In this document: positions 1 through 9,770 of the stretch, in pieces
How the letters are laid out: every line of letters begins with the position of its first letter
How positions within the stretch are numbered: the stretch's first letter is position 1
Source of the DNA: Campylobacteraceae bacterium
Lineage (GTDB): Bacteria > Campylobacterota > Campylobacteria > Campylobacterales > Sulfurospirillaceae
DNA length: 24,000 nucleotides
Reading direction: 5' to 3'
NCBI GenBank assembly: GCA_027050775.1
Contig: JALUBH010000037.1
Coordinates: 70,674 to 94,673, forward strand
The notes under the pieces: generated by a model
Database searches by the model: none
The model's input: the letters and a program-made list of their open reading frames with translations, nothing else
Told to the model about the DNA's origin: nothing
Translations under genes and position numbers: made by a program

Positions 1-1301
1 GTGGTGCAAATATCAAAAATATTCTAGAGTTTCACAACTCTTTTGATGATGTCAAGATTGTAAAACTAGAGAAAAATTATAGATCAACAAACCAAATATT
101 AAAATCAGCAAATGACCTTATAGACCACAACAGAGAGAGGATTGGAAAGAACCTGGTAAGCGTTTTTGGCGATGGTAAAGAGATAGAGTTCATAGAATCA
201 AGCGATGAAAATTATGAATCGCAAACGATAGCCAGAAAGATAAAAAAACTCATCCAAAGTGGAGTAGATGCAAAAAATATAGCAGTATTATATAGGATAA
301 ATGCACTAAGCCGTTCCTTGGAAGAGGGATTAAATAAAGAGGGAGTCTCTTACAATATGGTAGGAGGTGTCAAGTTTTATGAAAGAGCTGAGATAAAAGA
401 CCTCATCAGCTATCTTCGAATTATAGCCAATGTGCATGATGATTTTTCTATAAAAAGAGTGATAAACAAACCTAAAAGAGGACTGGGAAAAGTTACCATA
501 GAGAAGCTTTTAAAGTTTGCTTATGAAAATAGAATGTCTATGTATGAGTATATAACTACTCATATAGATGAAGTAAAAAAGATAACTAGCAAAAAGAGTT
601 TCGTGGCTTTAGAGAAATTTGTGGATGACTTGCAAAGACTAAAAGAGCTCAGTATCGATAACTCTTATGATTTTATATATGAATTAGAAGAGGCATTTAA
701 GATAAGAGATTACTATTCGGCTATGCCAGATGCGCTAGATCGTGTTTCAAATATAGATGAATTTTATGGACTATATAGAGATTTTATAAAACAAAATCCG
801 GGTGTTAGTGTGGATGATTTTTTAAATGACCTTGCACTTCAAAGTGACCAAGACCAGATAGATAATGAGCACATCTCCATCATGAGTGTGCATGCCAGCA
901 AAGGGCTTGAGTTTGAGTATCTTTTTGTGATGGGTTTGGAAGAGGGATTTTTCCCACTCATAGGTGATGGAAGTGATATAGAAGAGGAGAGAAGGCTGGG
1001 TTATGTTGCTATCACAAGAGCAAAAAGAGAGTTGACACTAAGCTATGCTGGTAGCCGTTTTTATAAAGGTAGAAGAGCTGAGCTAAAAAAGAGTAGATTT
1101 CTAAAAGAGGCTGGAGTTTGCAAGGGGAGTTTGATACTTGAAAAGACTACATCATTTAAAAAAGGTGATTTAGTCAAACATAAGATTTTTGGTATAGGTA
1201 GGGTTTTTGAGATTAGCAAAGTCAAAAGAGAGTTTAAACTTAAAATCAATTTTAGTGGCACAAAAAGAGATATTTTAGCGTCATTTGTAGAAAAGATATG
1301 A
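1..1301 (+). CDS. UvrD/PcrA/Rep-family (SF1) ATP-dependent DNA helicase, C-terminal ~432 aa; 5' end lies outside the window
   Basis: The frame starting at base 3 is open from the window edge (GANIKNILEFHNSFDDVKIVKLEKNYRSTNQIL...), so the tracked ORF 318..1301 is only the part after an internal TTG. SF1 motifs seen: NYRST, SVHASKGLEFEYLFV, GYVAITRAKREL. Confidence 0.9.
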   Translation, partial: GANIKNILEFHNSFDDVKIVKLEKNYRSTNQILKSANDLIDHNRERIGKNLVSVFGDGKEIEFIESSDENYESQTIARKIKKLIQSGVDAKNIAVLYRINALSRSLEEGLNKEGVSYNMVGGVKFYERAEIKDLISYLRIIANVHDDFSIKRVINKPKRGLGKVTIEKLLKFAYENRMSMYEYITTHIDEVKKITSKKSFVALEKFVDDLQRLKELSIDNSYDFIYELEEAFKIRDYYSAMPDALDRVSNIDEFYGLYRDFIKQNPGVSVDDFLNDLALQSDQDQIDNEHISIMSVHASKGLEFEYLFVMGLEEGFFPLIGDGSDIEEERRLGYVAITRAKRELTLSYAGSRFYKGRRAELKKSRFLKEAGVCKGSLILEKTTSFKKGDLVKHKIFGIGRVFEISKVKREFKLKINFSGTKRDILASFVEKI

Positions 1302-2119
1302 ATAGACTGTTTGTTGCATATAAACCAAAAGGTCTCTCTTCAAACTACTTTTTAAGAGGTATAAAAAGAAGATACAATATAAAAAAAGCCGGATTTTCAG
1401 GTACGCTTGATCCTTTTGCAAGTGGAGTTTTGATAATCGCTTTTGGACAGTTTGCAAAGTTGTTTAGATTTTTAGATAAAAGTCCAAAAAGATATAGAGC
1501 AACTCTTTGGATAGGAGCATATAGCCCTACACTAGATACTGAAAAGCTAGAGAGTGTCAAAACTTTGGCACCTTTTTCCAAGGATTCTATCGATATAATC
1601 GCAAAGAGTTTTTTAGGAGAGATTGAGTATCTTCCACCAAAATACAGCGCAAAGAGGGTGGAAGGCAAAAGAGCTTATGATTTGGCAAGAGAGGGAGAGG
1701 AGTTCGAGCTTAAAAAGATAAAGAGTACTATTTTTGATTTTAAAGTTTTGCACTATATGCACCCTTTTTTAACCTTTGAGGTAAGCATAAGTGAGGGCGG
1801 ATACATCAGAAGTATTGGCTCATTGTTTGCAAGAAAACTTGGGTTTGATGGTACACTTAGCTCACTTGAGAGATTGAGTGAGGGTGCTTTTGTATATAAA
1901 GATGAGAAGCCGCTAAATCCACTGAATTTTTTATCTATGCAAAGCAATAGCTACCTCGGTGATTTAAGCGATATCGAATTAGGTAGAAAATTAAAAAAAG
2001 AGAGTTTTGAAAACCAAAAAAGCGGTATCTATAAAATGATAATTGGAGATAATTTGTCCATTATAGAGATAAGTGACGATGAGGTAAAGTATATACTAAA
2101 TAAGGTAAAATTGTGTTAA
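1298..2119 (+). CDS. truB: tRNA pseudouridine(55) synthase TruB
   Basis: GFSGTLDPFASGVL (catalytic Asp motif) and KRYRATLWIG. ATGA start/stop overlap with the helicase gene. Confidence 0.9.
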   Translation: MNRLFVAYKPKGLSSNYFLRGIKRRYNIKKAGFSGTLDPFASGVLIIAFGQFAKLFRFLDKSPKRYRATLWIGAYSPTLDTEKLESVKTLAPFSKDSIDIIAKSFLGEIEYLPPKYSAKRVEGKRAYDLAREGEEFELKKIKSTIFDFKVLHYMHPFLTFEVSISEGGYIRSIGSLFARKLGFDGTLSSLERLSEGAFVYKDEKPLNPLNFLSMQSNSYLGDLSDIELGRKLKKESFENQKSGIYKMIIGDNLSIIEISDDEVKYILNKVKLC

Positions 2120-2343
2120 TACTATCAAGAAAATTAGGAGAGTCAATACTTTTGGGTGATGAAGTCACTATAACAGTGGTAGATGTTTCAAAAGGCGTGA
2201 TAAAACTGGGGATTGATGCTCCCAAAGAGATGATGATTTTAAGAAAAGAGCTCAAAGAGGTCGTAAAAGATGCAAATATAAAAGCGGCGCAAGAGGTGGA
2301 TATAGCGCAACTTAGCGAGTTGAGTTTGAAACTAAAAAAATGA
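2113..2343 (+). CDS. csrA: Carbon storage regulator CsrA (RNA-binding translational regulator)
   Basis: MLILSRKLGESILLGDEVTITVVDV...GIDAPKEMMILRKE aligns with E. coli CsrA as recalled ([25 protein letters not shown]...GVNAPKEVSVHREE). GTG start at 2113 lies inside the last codons of truB. Confidence 0.9.
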   Translation: MLILSRKLGESILLGDEVTITVVDVSKGVIKLGIDAPKEMMILRKELKEVVKDANIKAAQEVDIAQLSELSLKLKK

Positions 2344-3110
2344 GACAAAAAGCCTATGCAAAAGTAAATATATTTTTGAAGATAGTGGGGATGCGAGGAA
2401 ATTATCATGAGATAAAATCCAGATTTGTTTTGGTAAAAAATCTCTATGATGAGCTTCGCTTAATACCTAAAGAAAAAGATGATGAGTTTGAATTGTATGG
2501 TGAGTTCGGATGTAGATTGGAGCAAAACACTATATACAAAGCTTTTGTGGCACTATGCGAAGCAGGCTATAAGACAAAAGTAAAAAAAATGTTTGAAAAA
2601 TATGCTCTAGATGTAGAGAAAAATATCCCCTCTTTTGCAGGACTAGGCGGAGGCAGCAGTGATGCGGCAAGTTTTATGCTGATGGTCAATAAAGAGGCAA
2701 ATCTGTGTCTGGACATAGAAAAATTAGCCAAGATAGGATTAAGAGTAGGTGCAGATGTGCCTTTTTTTATATATGGATTTGATAGTGCAAATGTGAGTGG
2801 CATAGGTGAGGTGGTCGAAGAGTTTAAAGAAGAGGCTCTACATGTAGAGGTCTTTACTCCCAAGATAAGATGTAATACCGCAGAGATATATAGGACATTT
2901 AGGGATGATTATGCAGTGGATATCGGTTTAGCCGATAAAATGTCAAAATGCAAGAGCCAAGAGTTGTTGAAAAATTATAAAGATATAGAGTTAAACGATC
3001 TTTTAAAACCAGCGATGAAAACTGATAAAGATATACAAAATTATAGAAAAAAAGATTGGTTTTTTAGCGGAAGCGGAAGTAGTTTTTTTAGAGTAGAGGA
3101 GATGGGTTGA
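2340..3110 (+). CDS. ispE: 4-diphosphocytidyl-2-C-methyl-D-erythritol kinase (GHMP kinase family)
   Basis: N-terminal [13 protein letters not shown] and GHMP ATP-binding motif [22 protein letters not shown] overlap with csrA. Confidence 0.85.
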   Translation: MRQKAYAKVNIFLKIVGMRGNYHEIKSRFVLVKNLYDELRLIPKEKDDEFELYGEFGCRLEQNTIYKAFVALCEAGYKTKVKKMFEKYALDVEKNIPSFAGLGGGSSDAASFMLMVNKEANLCLDIEKLAKIGLRVGADVPFFIYGFDSANVSGIGEVVEEFKEEALHVEVFTPKIRCNTAEIYRTFRDDYAVDIGLADKMSKCKSQELLKNYKDIELNDLLKPAMKTDKDIQNYRKKDWFFSGSGSSFFRVEEMG

Positions 3111-3111
3111 T

Positions 3112-3573
3112 ATGGGTGAAACAGTAGCTAGAAATAAAAAGGCATCTCATGATTATGAGATACTTGAAAAATTTGAAGCCGGGATTGAATTGATGGGCAG
3201 TGAGGTCAAGGCTATACGAGCAAGCAGAGTGAATCTCAAGGACTCTTTTGTCAAAATCATAAAAGGTGAGGCATTTTTGTTTGGTATGCATATTTCACAT
3301 CTAAACACGGCAAATCTTCACTACGCCCCAAATGAAAAACGAGACAGAAGACTACTGTTGCACAAAAGAGAGATAGAAAAGCTGGATAAAAAAGTTGCAA
3401 GAGATGGATTGACTATCGTTGCTTTAAGTCTCTATTTTAATTCAAAAAATATAGTAAAACTACAAATTGCCCTTGCAAAAGGAAAAGCCCTGCACGACAA
3501 AAGAGAGGCACTTAAGCAAAAAGATGCCCAAAGAGAGGCACAAAGAGCTATGAAGGATTTTAGAAATGGCTAG
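3112..3573 (+). CDS. smpB: SsrA-binding protein SmpB (trans-translation)
   Basis: [40 protein letters not shown] and a basic C-terminal tail. Typical length of 153 aa. Confidence 0.92.
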   Translation: MGETVARNKKASHDYEILEKFEAGIELMGSEVKAIRASRVNLKDSFVKIIKGEAFLFGMHISHLNTANLHYAPNEKRDRRLLLHKREIEKLDKKVARDGLTIVALSLYFNSKNIVKLQIALAKGKALHDKREALKQKDAQREAQRAMKDFRNG

Positions 3574-3874
3574 AGTTGATGAACAGATAGAAGATGAATT
3601 TTCCGAAGAGTTGGAGTTAGAAGAGCCGAAACTATACAAAGTGATGCTTTTAAATGATGATTATACGAGTATGGATTTTGTTGTTATGGTTTTGATAGAG
3701 ATTTTTCACCAAGATGCCCAAAGGGCAAATGCAACCATGTTTAAGATACACGAAGAGGGTTCAGGGTTGTGTGGCGTTTACACTTATGAGATAGCTGAGA
3801 CAAAGATAGCTCAAGTCCATACTCTCGCCAAAGAGCACCAATTTCCACTCCGTGCTACCATGGAAGAGGAGTAG
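3566..3874 (+). CDS. clpS: ATP-dependent Clp protease adaptor ClpS
   Basis: [26 protein letters not shown]...A...M..IHEEG core, 102 aa, immediately upstream of clpA. Confidence 0.9.
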   Translation: MARVDEQIEDEFSEELELEEPKLYKVMLLNDDYTSMDFVVMVLIEIFHQDAQRANATMFKIHEEGSGLCGVYTYEIAETKIAQVHTLAKEHQFPLRATMEEE

Positions 3875-3877
3875 ATT

Positions 3878-6064
3878 ATGGTAAGCCAAGAGTTAAATAT
3901 CCTTTTTAGTGATGCTATAAATTTTGTAAAAAAACATAAGTATGAGTATATAACGATAGAGCATATATTTTTTGCGATGCTCAAAAACGACTCTATAAGA
4001 GAAGTTTTAAAAAGTTGTGGAGCAGATACAGATGAAATCTCAAATGAGTTAAGAAAATATTTTACCATACATTCTCCTGTTGTGCTAGATAAGGAGAATT
4101 ACGAGCCTTTTGAGAGCGTATCTTTGGGGAGAGTGGTTGAAAATATGATGCTTCACTCAAAATCAGCAGGAAAGATAGAAGCAAATATCTTTGATTTGCT
4201 TGTCTCTATCTTTCAAGAAGAACATTCATATAGTGCATGGTTATTGCAAAAACAGGGTGTTTCAAGGTTAGAAATTCTAGAAGCTGTTACAAATGCAACA
4301 ACACCTGAGCAAAAAGAGAAGGAAAATGGCGATAGCGCTTTGGTTAAGTACTGCCTAAATTTCATAGAACTAGCAAAAGAGCATAAGCTTGATCCCTTGA
4401 TAGGTAGAGTTGATGAGTGCAAAAGAGTGATTCAAGTGCTTTGCAGAAGAAAGAAAAACAATCCACTTTTAGTAGGTGAGCCAGGAGTCGGTAAAACAGC
4501 GGTAGTCGAAGGTATAGCTCAGATGATAGTAGCGCAGCAGATACCCCAAATCCTAAAAGGTGCCTCTTTATACGCCTTAGATATGGGCTCACTGCTCTCA
4601 GGCACAAAATATAGAGGTGATTTTGAAAAGAGGTTAAAAGAGATACTAAAAGAGCTTGAAAATGAGCAAAATGCTATACTTTTCATAGATGAAATTCACA
4701 CTATAGTAGGAGCTGGAGCTACAAGCGGAGGATCTATGGATCTCTCAAATCTGCTCAAGCCATCACTTGCTAGCGGTAAACTAAAGTGTATAGGAGCTAC
4801 AACATATGGAGAGTTTAGAAACTTTTTTGATAAAGATAGAGCACTTAGCAGAAGATTTGCCAAGATAGACATAGATGAGCCAAGTCTTGAAGACAGTTAT
4901 AAGATTCTTCTAGGACTCAAAGGAAGCTATGAAGAGCATCATGGTGTGAAGTATCCAAACAGTGTGCTTAAAACTTCAGTCGAGTTAGCCAAAAAATACA
5001 TAAATGACAGATTCCTACCTGATTCTGCTATCGATTTGATAGATGAAGTGGGAGCTTCGTTTCACCTGCTTAAGCGCAAAAGAAAGAGCGTAAGCATAGT
5101 AGATATAGAAAATATTTTGGAAAAAATCGCAAATATCCCAAATAGACATATAAACGCAAACGAGAGTGAAGTTATAGCCACACTTGAAGGTAATCTAAAA
5201 TCAAAAGTTTTTGGACAAGATGAAGCCATACATGCGCTAGTTCGCGCCATAAAACGATCTCGTGCAGGACTTGGAAGTGTTGAGGCGCCTATCGGAGCGT
5301 TTTTGTTTGCAGGACCTACGGGAGTTGGTAAAACTGAGGTGGCAAAGCGCTTGGCACTTGAGCTTGGTGTAAATTTTGAAAGATATGACATGAGCGAGTA
5401 TATGGAAAAACATACCGTTTCTCGTCTTATCGGTGCACCTCCGGGATATGTCGGCTTTGAAGAGGGCGGACAGTTGACTGAGAGTATAAAAAAACACCCT
5501 TATACCGTTTTGCTTTTAGATGAGATAGAAAAAGCTCATGTTGATCTTTTAAATGTTCTTTTACAGATATTTGATGGAGCTATTTTGACTGATAATAGTG
5601 GAAATAAGACTGATTTTAGAAATGTAATTATCATAATGACTTCAAATCTAGGCTCCAAAGAGGGCGTACATGTAGGTTTTCAAAAAGATGATTCATTTAA
5701 GGCAAGTAGCGCTATCAAGGATTTTTTCGCACCGGAGTTTAGAAATAGGCTTGATGACATCATATATTTTAAGCCTTTAAATAAAGATATTATGATAGGA
5801 ATTGTAAAAAAACTTATGGATGAGTTGCTTGAACAGCTTCGAGATAAAAAGATAGATATAGTCCTCTCAAAAGAGGCTGAAGTTTACCTTGCAAACAAGG
5901 GCTTTAGCAGTGATATGGGTGCAAGAGTCATGAAAAGAGTCATACAAGAGGAGATAAAGACTCCGCTTAGCGATGAGATACTCTTTGGAAAATTAAAACA
6001 TGGCGGCAAGGTTAAAATCGGGCTTAAAAAGGGTGAGTTAAATTTTGTATATAAGAGCTTATAA
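3878..6064 (+). CDS. clpA: ATP-dependent Clp protease ATP-binding subunit ClpA
   Basis: Two AAA+ modules: GEPGVGKTA / ILFIDEIH and GPTGVGKTE / VLLLDEIEKAH. Clp N-domain present. At 728 aa there is no long ClpB-type middle domain. Confidence 0.93.
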   Translation: MVSQELNILFSDAINFVKKHKYEYITIEHIFFAMLKNDSIREVLKSCGADTDEISNELRKYFTIHSPVVLDKENYEPFESVSLGRVVENMMLHSKSAGKIEANIFDLLVSIFQEEHSYSAWLLQKQGVSRLEILEAVTNATTPEQKEKENGDSALVKYCLNFIELAKEHKLDPLIGRVDECKRVIQVLCRRKKNNPLLVGEPGVGKTAVVEGIAQMIVAQQIPQILKGASLYALDMGSLLSGTKYRGDFEKRLKEILKELENEQNAILFIDEIHTIVGAGATSGGSMDLSNLLKPSLASGKLKCIGATTYGEFRNFFDKDRALSRRFAKIDIDEPSLEDSYKILLGLKGSYEEHHGVKYPNSVLKTSVELAKKYINDRFLPDSAIDLIDEVGASFHLLKRKRKSVSIVDIENILEKIANIPNRHINANESEVIATLEGNLKSKVFGQDEAIHALVRAIKRSRAGLGSVEAPIGAFLFAGPTGVGKTEVAKRLALELGVNFERYDMSEYMEKHTVSRLIGAPPGYVGFEEGGQLTESIKKHPYTVLLLDEIEKAHVDLLNVLLQIFDGAILTDNSGNKTDFRNVIIIMTSNLGSKEGVHVGFQKDDSFKASSAIKDFFAPEFRNRLDDIIYFKPLNKDIMIGIVKKLMDELLEQLRDKKIDIVLSKEAEVYLANKGFSSDMGARVMKRVIQEEIKTPLSDEILFGKLKHGGKVKIGLKKGELNFVYKSL

Positions 6065-6751
6065 TTGCAAGAAACTATATATATTCCAAGGTTGAGCACT
6101 TTTTCTTATATCTTTCCTGACCCTAGCAAAGCTGATCCAAAAGGTCTTTTGGCTTGGGGAGGTGATTTGAAAAAAGAGCGAATTTTAAGTGCCTACATGC
6201 AAGGTATCTTTCCTTGGTACAATGCAGATGATCCGCTTCTTTGGTGGTCACCAAATCCTAGACTCATACTTAAAACAAAAGATGTGAAAGTCTCTAAAAG
6301 TCTCAAGAAAAGTCTCAAGAAATTTGAGATTAGATTTGATACAAATTTTAAAAAAGTTATGAGTCTGTGTAGAGATGTCAGGATTGAAAATGGTGAAGAC
6401 AGTTGGATAAGTGACGAATTGATAGAGGTTTTTTCCTCTCTACATGTAGAGCATTTTGCTCATAGTGTCGAAAGCTACTACAAAGGAGAACTTGTCGGAG
6501 GTTTGTATGGCTTGTATCTTGGTGGTATGTTTTGTGGGGAGTCTATGTTTAGTACAAAAAGTGATGCTTCAAAGTCTGCTTTGGTAGCACTTTGCTCAAA
6601 AGTAGATGAATTAGGCGGAGATTTTATAGATTGTCAAATTCCAACAGAGCACTTAAAGAGTATGGGTGCGATCGAGATAAAAAGAGATGAGTTTTTAAGT
6701 ATGGTTGAAAACTCTTTGGAGACTAAGAGCTATTTTGGGAACTGGTCGTGA
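6065..6751 (+). CDS. aat: Leucyl/phenylalanyl-tRNA--protein transferase (N-degron pathway)
   Basis: GIFPWYNADDPLLWWSPNPRLIL and GGLYGLYLGGMFCGESMFS match E. coli Aat as recalled. TTG start directly abuts the clpA stop. Confidence 0.88.
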   Translation: MQETIYIPRLSTFSYIFPDPSKADPKGLLAWGGDLKKERILSAYMQGIFPWYNADDPLLWWSPNPRLILKTKDVKVSKSLKKSLKKFEIRFDTNFKKVMSLCRDVRIENGEDSWISDELIEVFSSLHVEHFAHSVESYYKGELVGGLYGLYLGGMFCGESMFSTKSDASKSALVALCSKVDELGGDFIDCQIPTEHLKSMGAIEIKRDEFLSMVENSLETKSYFGNWS

Positions 6752-7644
6752 TAGAACAGATTGCACCTGTATTTTTATTTGTGCTTATCGGTTATCTTTT
6801 TAAGCTCCTTAAAGAGGATATATCGCGAGAACTCACTGAGTTTGTAATCTACTTCTCTCTTCCTGCCCTAGCACTTTCAAAGATCAGGATTTTAGAGTTT
6901 AATGATGTGATTTTCAAGGTCATTGCAGTGAGCTATATAGCCATGTTTAGCGCATTTTTCATCTCTTTAGTGATAGGCAAAATTTTAAAACTTTCAAGAA
7001 GAGATTTGGCTACTTTTATGATAGTTTCAATCTTTGGAAACACCTCATTTGTAGGCTTTTCATATGTAGAATCACTCTACTCTATGAAAGAAATAGTTTA
7101 TGCTCTTGTATATGATCAGCTGGGTTCATTTGTGGCACTTTTAACTTTTGGAATCGCCATAATCTCATGGGGTGGAGGGAAAAAAGAGAATTTTAAGAAA
7201 GATGTTTTAAAGCAGATATTTTTCTCGCCACCACTTATCGCCATAGTTGTAGCTGTATATTTTCATGGTTCGCATTTTCCACCATACATAGAGGGTTTGC
7301 TAGATAAGCTTCAAGCTACTTTGATACCGCTTGTCACTATCATAGTGGGTATGAAATTGGAGTTAAGAGCCTTGGTAAAACAGTTTAGAGAAAATGTTAT
7401 AGCTTTGTCTATAAAGATGTTTTTAGTCCCGCTCATCTTGCTTGGCATCATGCATATATTTTTCGATATGTCGCAAATCTGGGCAAAAGTCACTCTTTTA
7501 GAGGTTGCGATGCCCCCTATGACGATGGCAACAGTCTATGCTATAAAAGGTGGCTTAAATAAAACCTTAGCGATAAATACACTAGCACTCGGCATCTTGG
7601 TATCGTTTTTGAGTATAGTTACATGGAACAGTGTGCTGGGATAG
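6748..7644 (+). CDS. AEC (auxin efflux carrier-like) family membrane transporter
   Basis: Polytopic hydrophobic protein of 298 aa. N-terminus IAPVFLFVLIGYLFK resembles the AEC family. GTGA overlap with aat. Family call comes from pattern memory only. Confidence 0.65.
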   Translation: MIEQIAPVFLFVLIGYLFKLLKEDISRELTEFVIYFSLPALALSKIRILEFNDVIFKVIAVSYIAMFSAFFISLVIGKILKLSRRDLATFMIVSIFGNTSFVGFSYVESLYSMKEIVYALVYDQLGSFVALLTFGIAIISWGGGKKENFKKDVLKQIFFSPPLIAIVVAVYFHGSHFPPYIEGLLDKLQATLIPLVTIIVGMKLELRALVKQFRENVIALSIKMFLVPLILLGIMHIFFDMSQIWAKVTLLEVAMPPMTMATVYAIKGGLNKTLAINTLALGILVSFLSIVTWNSVLG

Positions 7645-7702
7645 CTCTTTTTAAAGTACACTCTTTTTGCTATTAATTGGTGTTGCTTTTGTCTAGGTAT
7701 TT

Positions 7703-8464
7703 ATGAAGGATAGTGAAATATTAACCAAAGGAAAGGTCGTTGGTGTTATGATTGGTGCTATAAAAACAGATCTATATGAAATAAATATATTAAAATCTAT
7801 AAAACCTCACTATAAACTTCATACACATAGCAATATATGTATTTGCGCTTTAAAAAAAGGCACTATAGAGTTTTTCAATGATGGAAAGTCAGTATCTTTG
7901 TCGAAAAATCAACTTATAGTGTTTAATGCCAATTCTCCACACAAGATAAAAAGTTATAAAAATGTTGAGAATTATTATATACTTCACTTATATATCGAAA
8001 ACATTTTACTGCAAGAGTATATAGAAAATACAGATGAATATGAAAAATTTATAACTTTTTGTGATAAATCCTTGGAGACAAAAGATATAAAATATCTAGA
8101 AAATTTTATTCAAAAATATGAGATATCCAAAGACTCTTTTGAAGTAAAAAAGAGCATCAAAAATGCTAAACAAATTTTAGATAAAAACATTGATACAAAT
8201 ATTTCTTTAAGCGAGATAGCAAAATCAGTAAACCTAAATGAAAGTTATCTATCAAGAAGTTTTAAAAAATACTATGGTCTCTCTCCTCGTAATTATGTCT
8301 TAAATCAAAGAGTCAGCAAAGCAAAAGAGCTTCTAGATTCCGGGCTCAACATCTCCGAAGTAGCGTTAGAACTTGGATTTTATGACCAAGCCCACTTTTA
8401 TAAAATATTTAAATCTATATACTCCATAACTCCGCTAGAGTATAGAAAAATCAATCAAAAATAG
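7703..8464 (+). CDS. AraC-family transcriptional regulator (N-terminal cupin-like sensor, C-terminal double HTH)
   Basis: C-terminal ISLSEIAKSVNLNESYLSRSFKKYYGLSPRNYVLNQRVSKAKELL...ISEVALELGFYDQAHFYKIFKSIYSITPLEYRK is a classic AraC HTH pair. Confidence 0.85.
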   Translation: MKDSEILTKGKVVGVMIGAIKTDLYEINILKSIKPHYKLHTHSNICICALKKGTIEFFNDGKSVSLSKNQLIVFNANSPHKIKSYKNVENYYILHLYIENILLQEYIENTDEYEKFITFCDKSLETKDIKYLENFIQKYEISKDSFEVKKSIKNAKQILDKNIDTNISLSEIAKSVNLNESYLSRSFKKYYGLSPRNYVLNQRVSKAKELLDSGLNISEVALELGFYDQAHFYKIFKSIYSITPLEYRKINQK

Positions 8465-8555
8465 ACATAAAAGTCAAAAACATACAATATTTACATCGAG
8501 AAATCCTGTATTATTTTAAAAAACAGAGTCAATCCGATTTGATACAGGAGAAGAT

Positions 8556-9770
8556 ATGACAACACTAAACGACAAATTTACAGCTCTCGGGGCAGAAAAT
8601 GCACCCGGACAAGAGCTTCGTCAGGATTTGGGCGAGGTAGACAAGATGATGCGTGGAGAAAAACTAGAAGGAAATTTTGTCGATTTTTCACATGGTGATG
8701 TAGATGCTTTCCCTCCACCAAGCGAAGCAGTACAAGAGTGGATGCGAGGCTATGAGATGGGAGGAAAACAGGCATATACGCAGTACCGTGGGTCTGCTTC
8801 AATCCTAAAAAAGACAGCAGAACGACTCAGCAAATTTACAGGGTGTAAAATTCAAGCCAATCAAGAGCTGATAATCACTCCCGGTTCTCAAGGTGCGCTG
8901 TTTTTGGCACTTGGAGCAACAGTTGAATCTGGAGTAAAAGTGGCCATAGTTGAACCGGACTATTTTGCAAATCGCAAACTTGTCAGCTACCTCGGTGGTA
9001 CGCTTGTGCCAATTCCACTCAACTATCAAGATAACTCTTTAAAAAGGGGTATTGATCTTGATGTGCTTGAAGAAGTATTTAAAAGCGGTACAAAAGTTTT
9101 TGTCTTTTCTACTCCAAACAATCCAACAGGTTTGGTGTATTCAAGAGAGGCTATCAATAAGATTGCAACTCTTGCTTTAACTCATGATGTTACACTAATA
9201 GTAGATCAACTCTATTCAAGATTGTTGTATGGTGGTGAAACATATACTCATTTATGTGCTTGCAAGAATGTACCGAAAAATCTCATCACTATCATGGGAC
9301 CGTCCAAGACAGAATCTCTGAGCGGTTTTCGCCTCGGAGTTGCTTTTGGAACATCTTGGCTTATAGAGAGGATGGAAAGATTGCAAGCTATAGTCTCTTT
9401 GCGTGCAGCGGGATACAATCAAGCTGTACTTAATAGCTGGTTTCAAGAACCTTCAGGCTGGATGAAAAAACGCATCGGTGAACATGAGGCGATTCGGGAT
9501 ACTTTGCTCAAGATATTTAATTCATCCGGTTTGCCGACAGCTACTCCGCAGGCAGGTAGTTACCTTTTTCCAAAGCTTCCACCTCTTGAAGTTGATATTG
9601 AACTATTCGTGAAATTACTTAGATATCAAGCCGGTGTGGTTGTTACCTTGGGATCTGAGTTTGGACCTACGACAAATCAAAGCGTTCGTCTTAATTTTTC
9701 GCAAGATCATAAATCAGCGATTGATGCCGCAAAAAGGATAGTAGAGATGGTCCAAAGGTATAAAAGATGA
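8556..9770 (+). CDS. Class I/II pyridoxal-phosphate-dependent aminotransferase
   Basis: NNPTG motif (FSTPNNPTGLVY) and the PLP-lysine motif SKTESLSGFRLG. 404 aa. AGGAG located 6 nt upstream of the ATG. Confidence 0.85.
   Translation: MTTLNDKFTALGAENAPGQELRQDLGEVDKMMRGEKLEGNFVDFSHGDVDAFPPPSEAVQEWMRGYEMGGKQAYTQYRGSASILKKTAERLSKFTGCKIQANQELIITPGSQGALFLALGATVESGVKVAIVEPDYFANRKLVSYLGGTLVPIPLNYQDNSLKRGIDLDVLEEVFKSGTKVFVFSTPNNPTGLVYSREAINKIATLALTHDVTLIVDQLYSRLLYGGETYTHLCACKNVPKNLITIMGPSKTESLSGFRLGVAFGTSWLIERMERLQAIVSLRAAGYNQAVLNSWFQEPSGWMKKRIGEHEAIRDTLLKIFNSSGLPTATPQAGSYLFPKLPPLEVDIELFVKLLRYQAGVVVTLGSEFGPTTNQSVRLNFSQDHKSAIDAAKRIVEMVQRYKR

Noticed and set aside
1566-1582. Sigma54-like TGGCAC element (TGGCAC-CTTTT-TCCA), with similar TGGCAC strings at about 5351 and 8901
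   Set aside because: The downstream half does not match TTGC at the required spacing, and all occurrences are inside coding sequence far from any start codon.
3112-3573. Looked for a tmRNA (ssrA) gene, tRNAs or other structured RNAs near smpB and in every intergenic gap
   Set aside because: There is no intergenic space around smpB. The largest gaps (232, 133, 114 and 108 bp) contain no tRNA-like acceptor or T-arm pattern and no tmRNA tag-reading-frame features that I could see.
6299-6322. Perfect 12-bp tandem duplication AGTCTCAAGAAA x2 inside aat (encoding SLKKSLKK), considered as a slippage-prone in-frame VNTR
   Set aside because: The segment aligns without a gap to the basic stretch of E. 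coli Aat as I recall it (SRSMKRFHKR), so it does not look like an insertion. Two copies of a low-complexity Lys-rich unit are weak evidence for variability.
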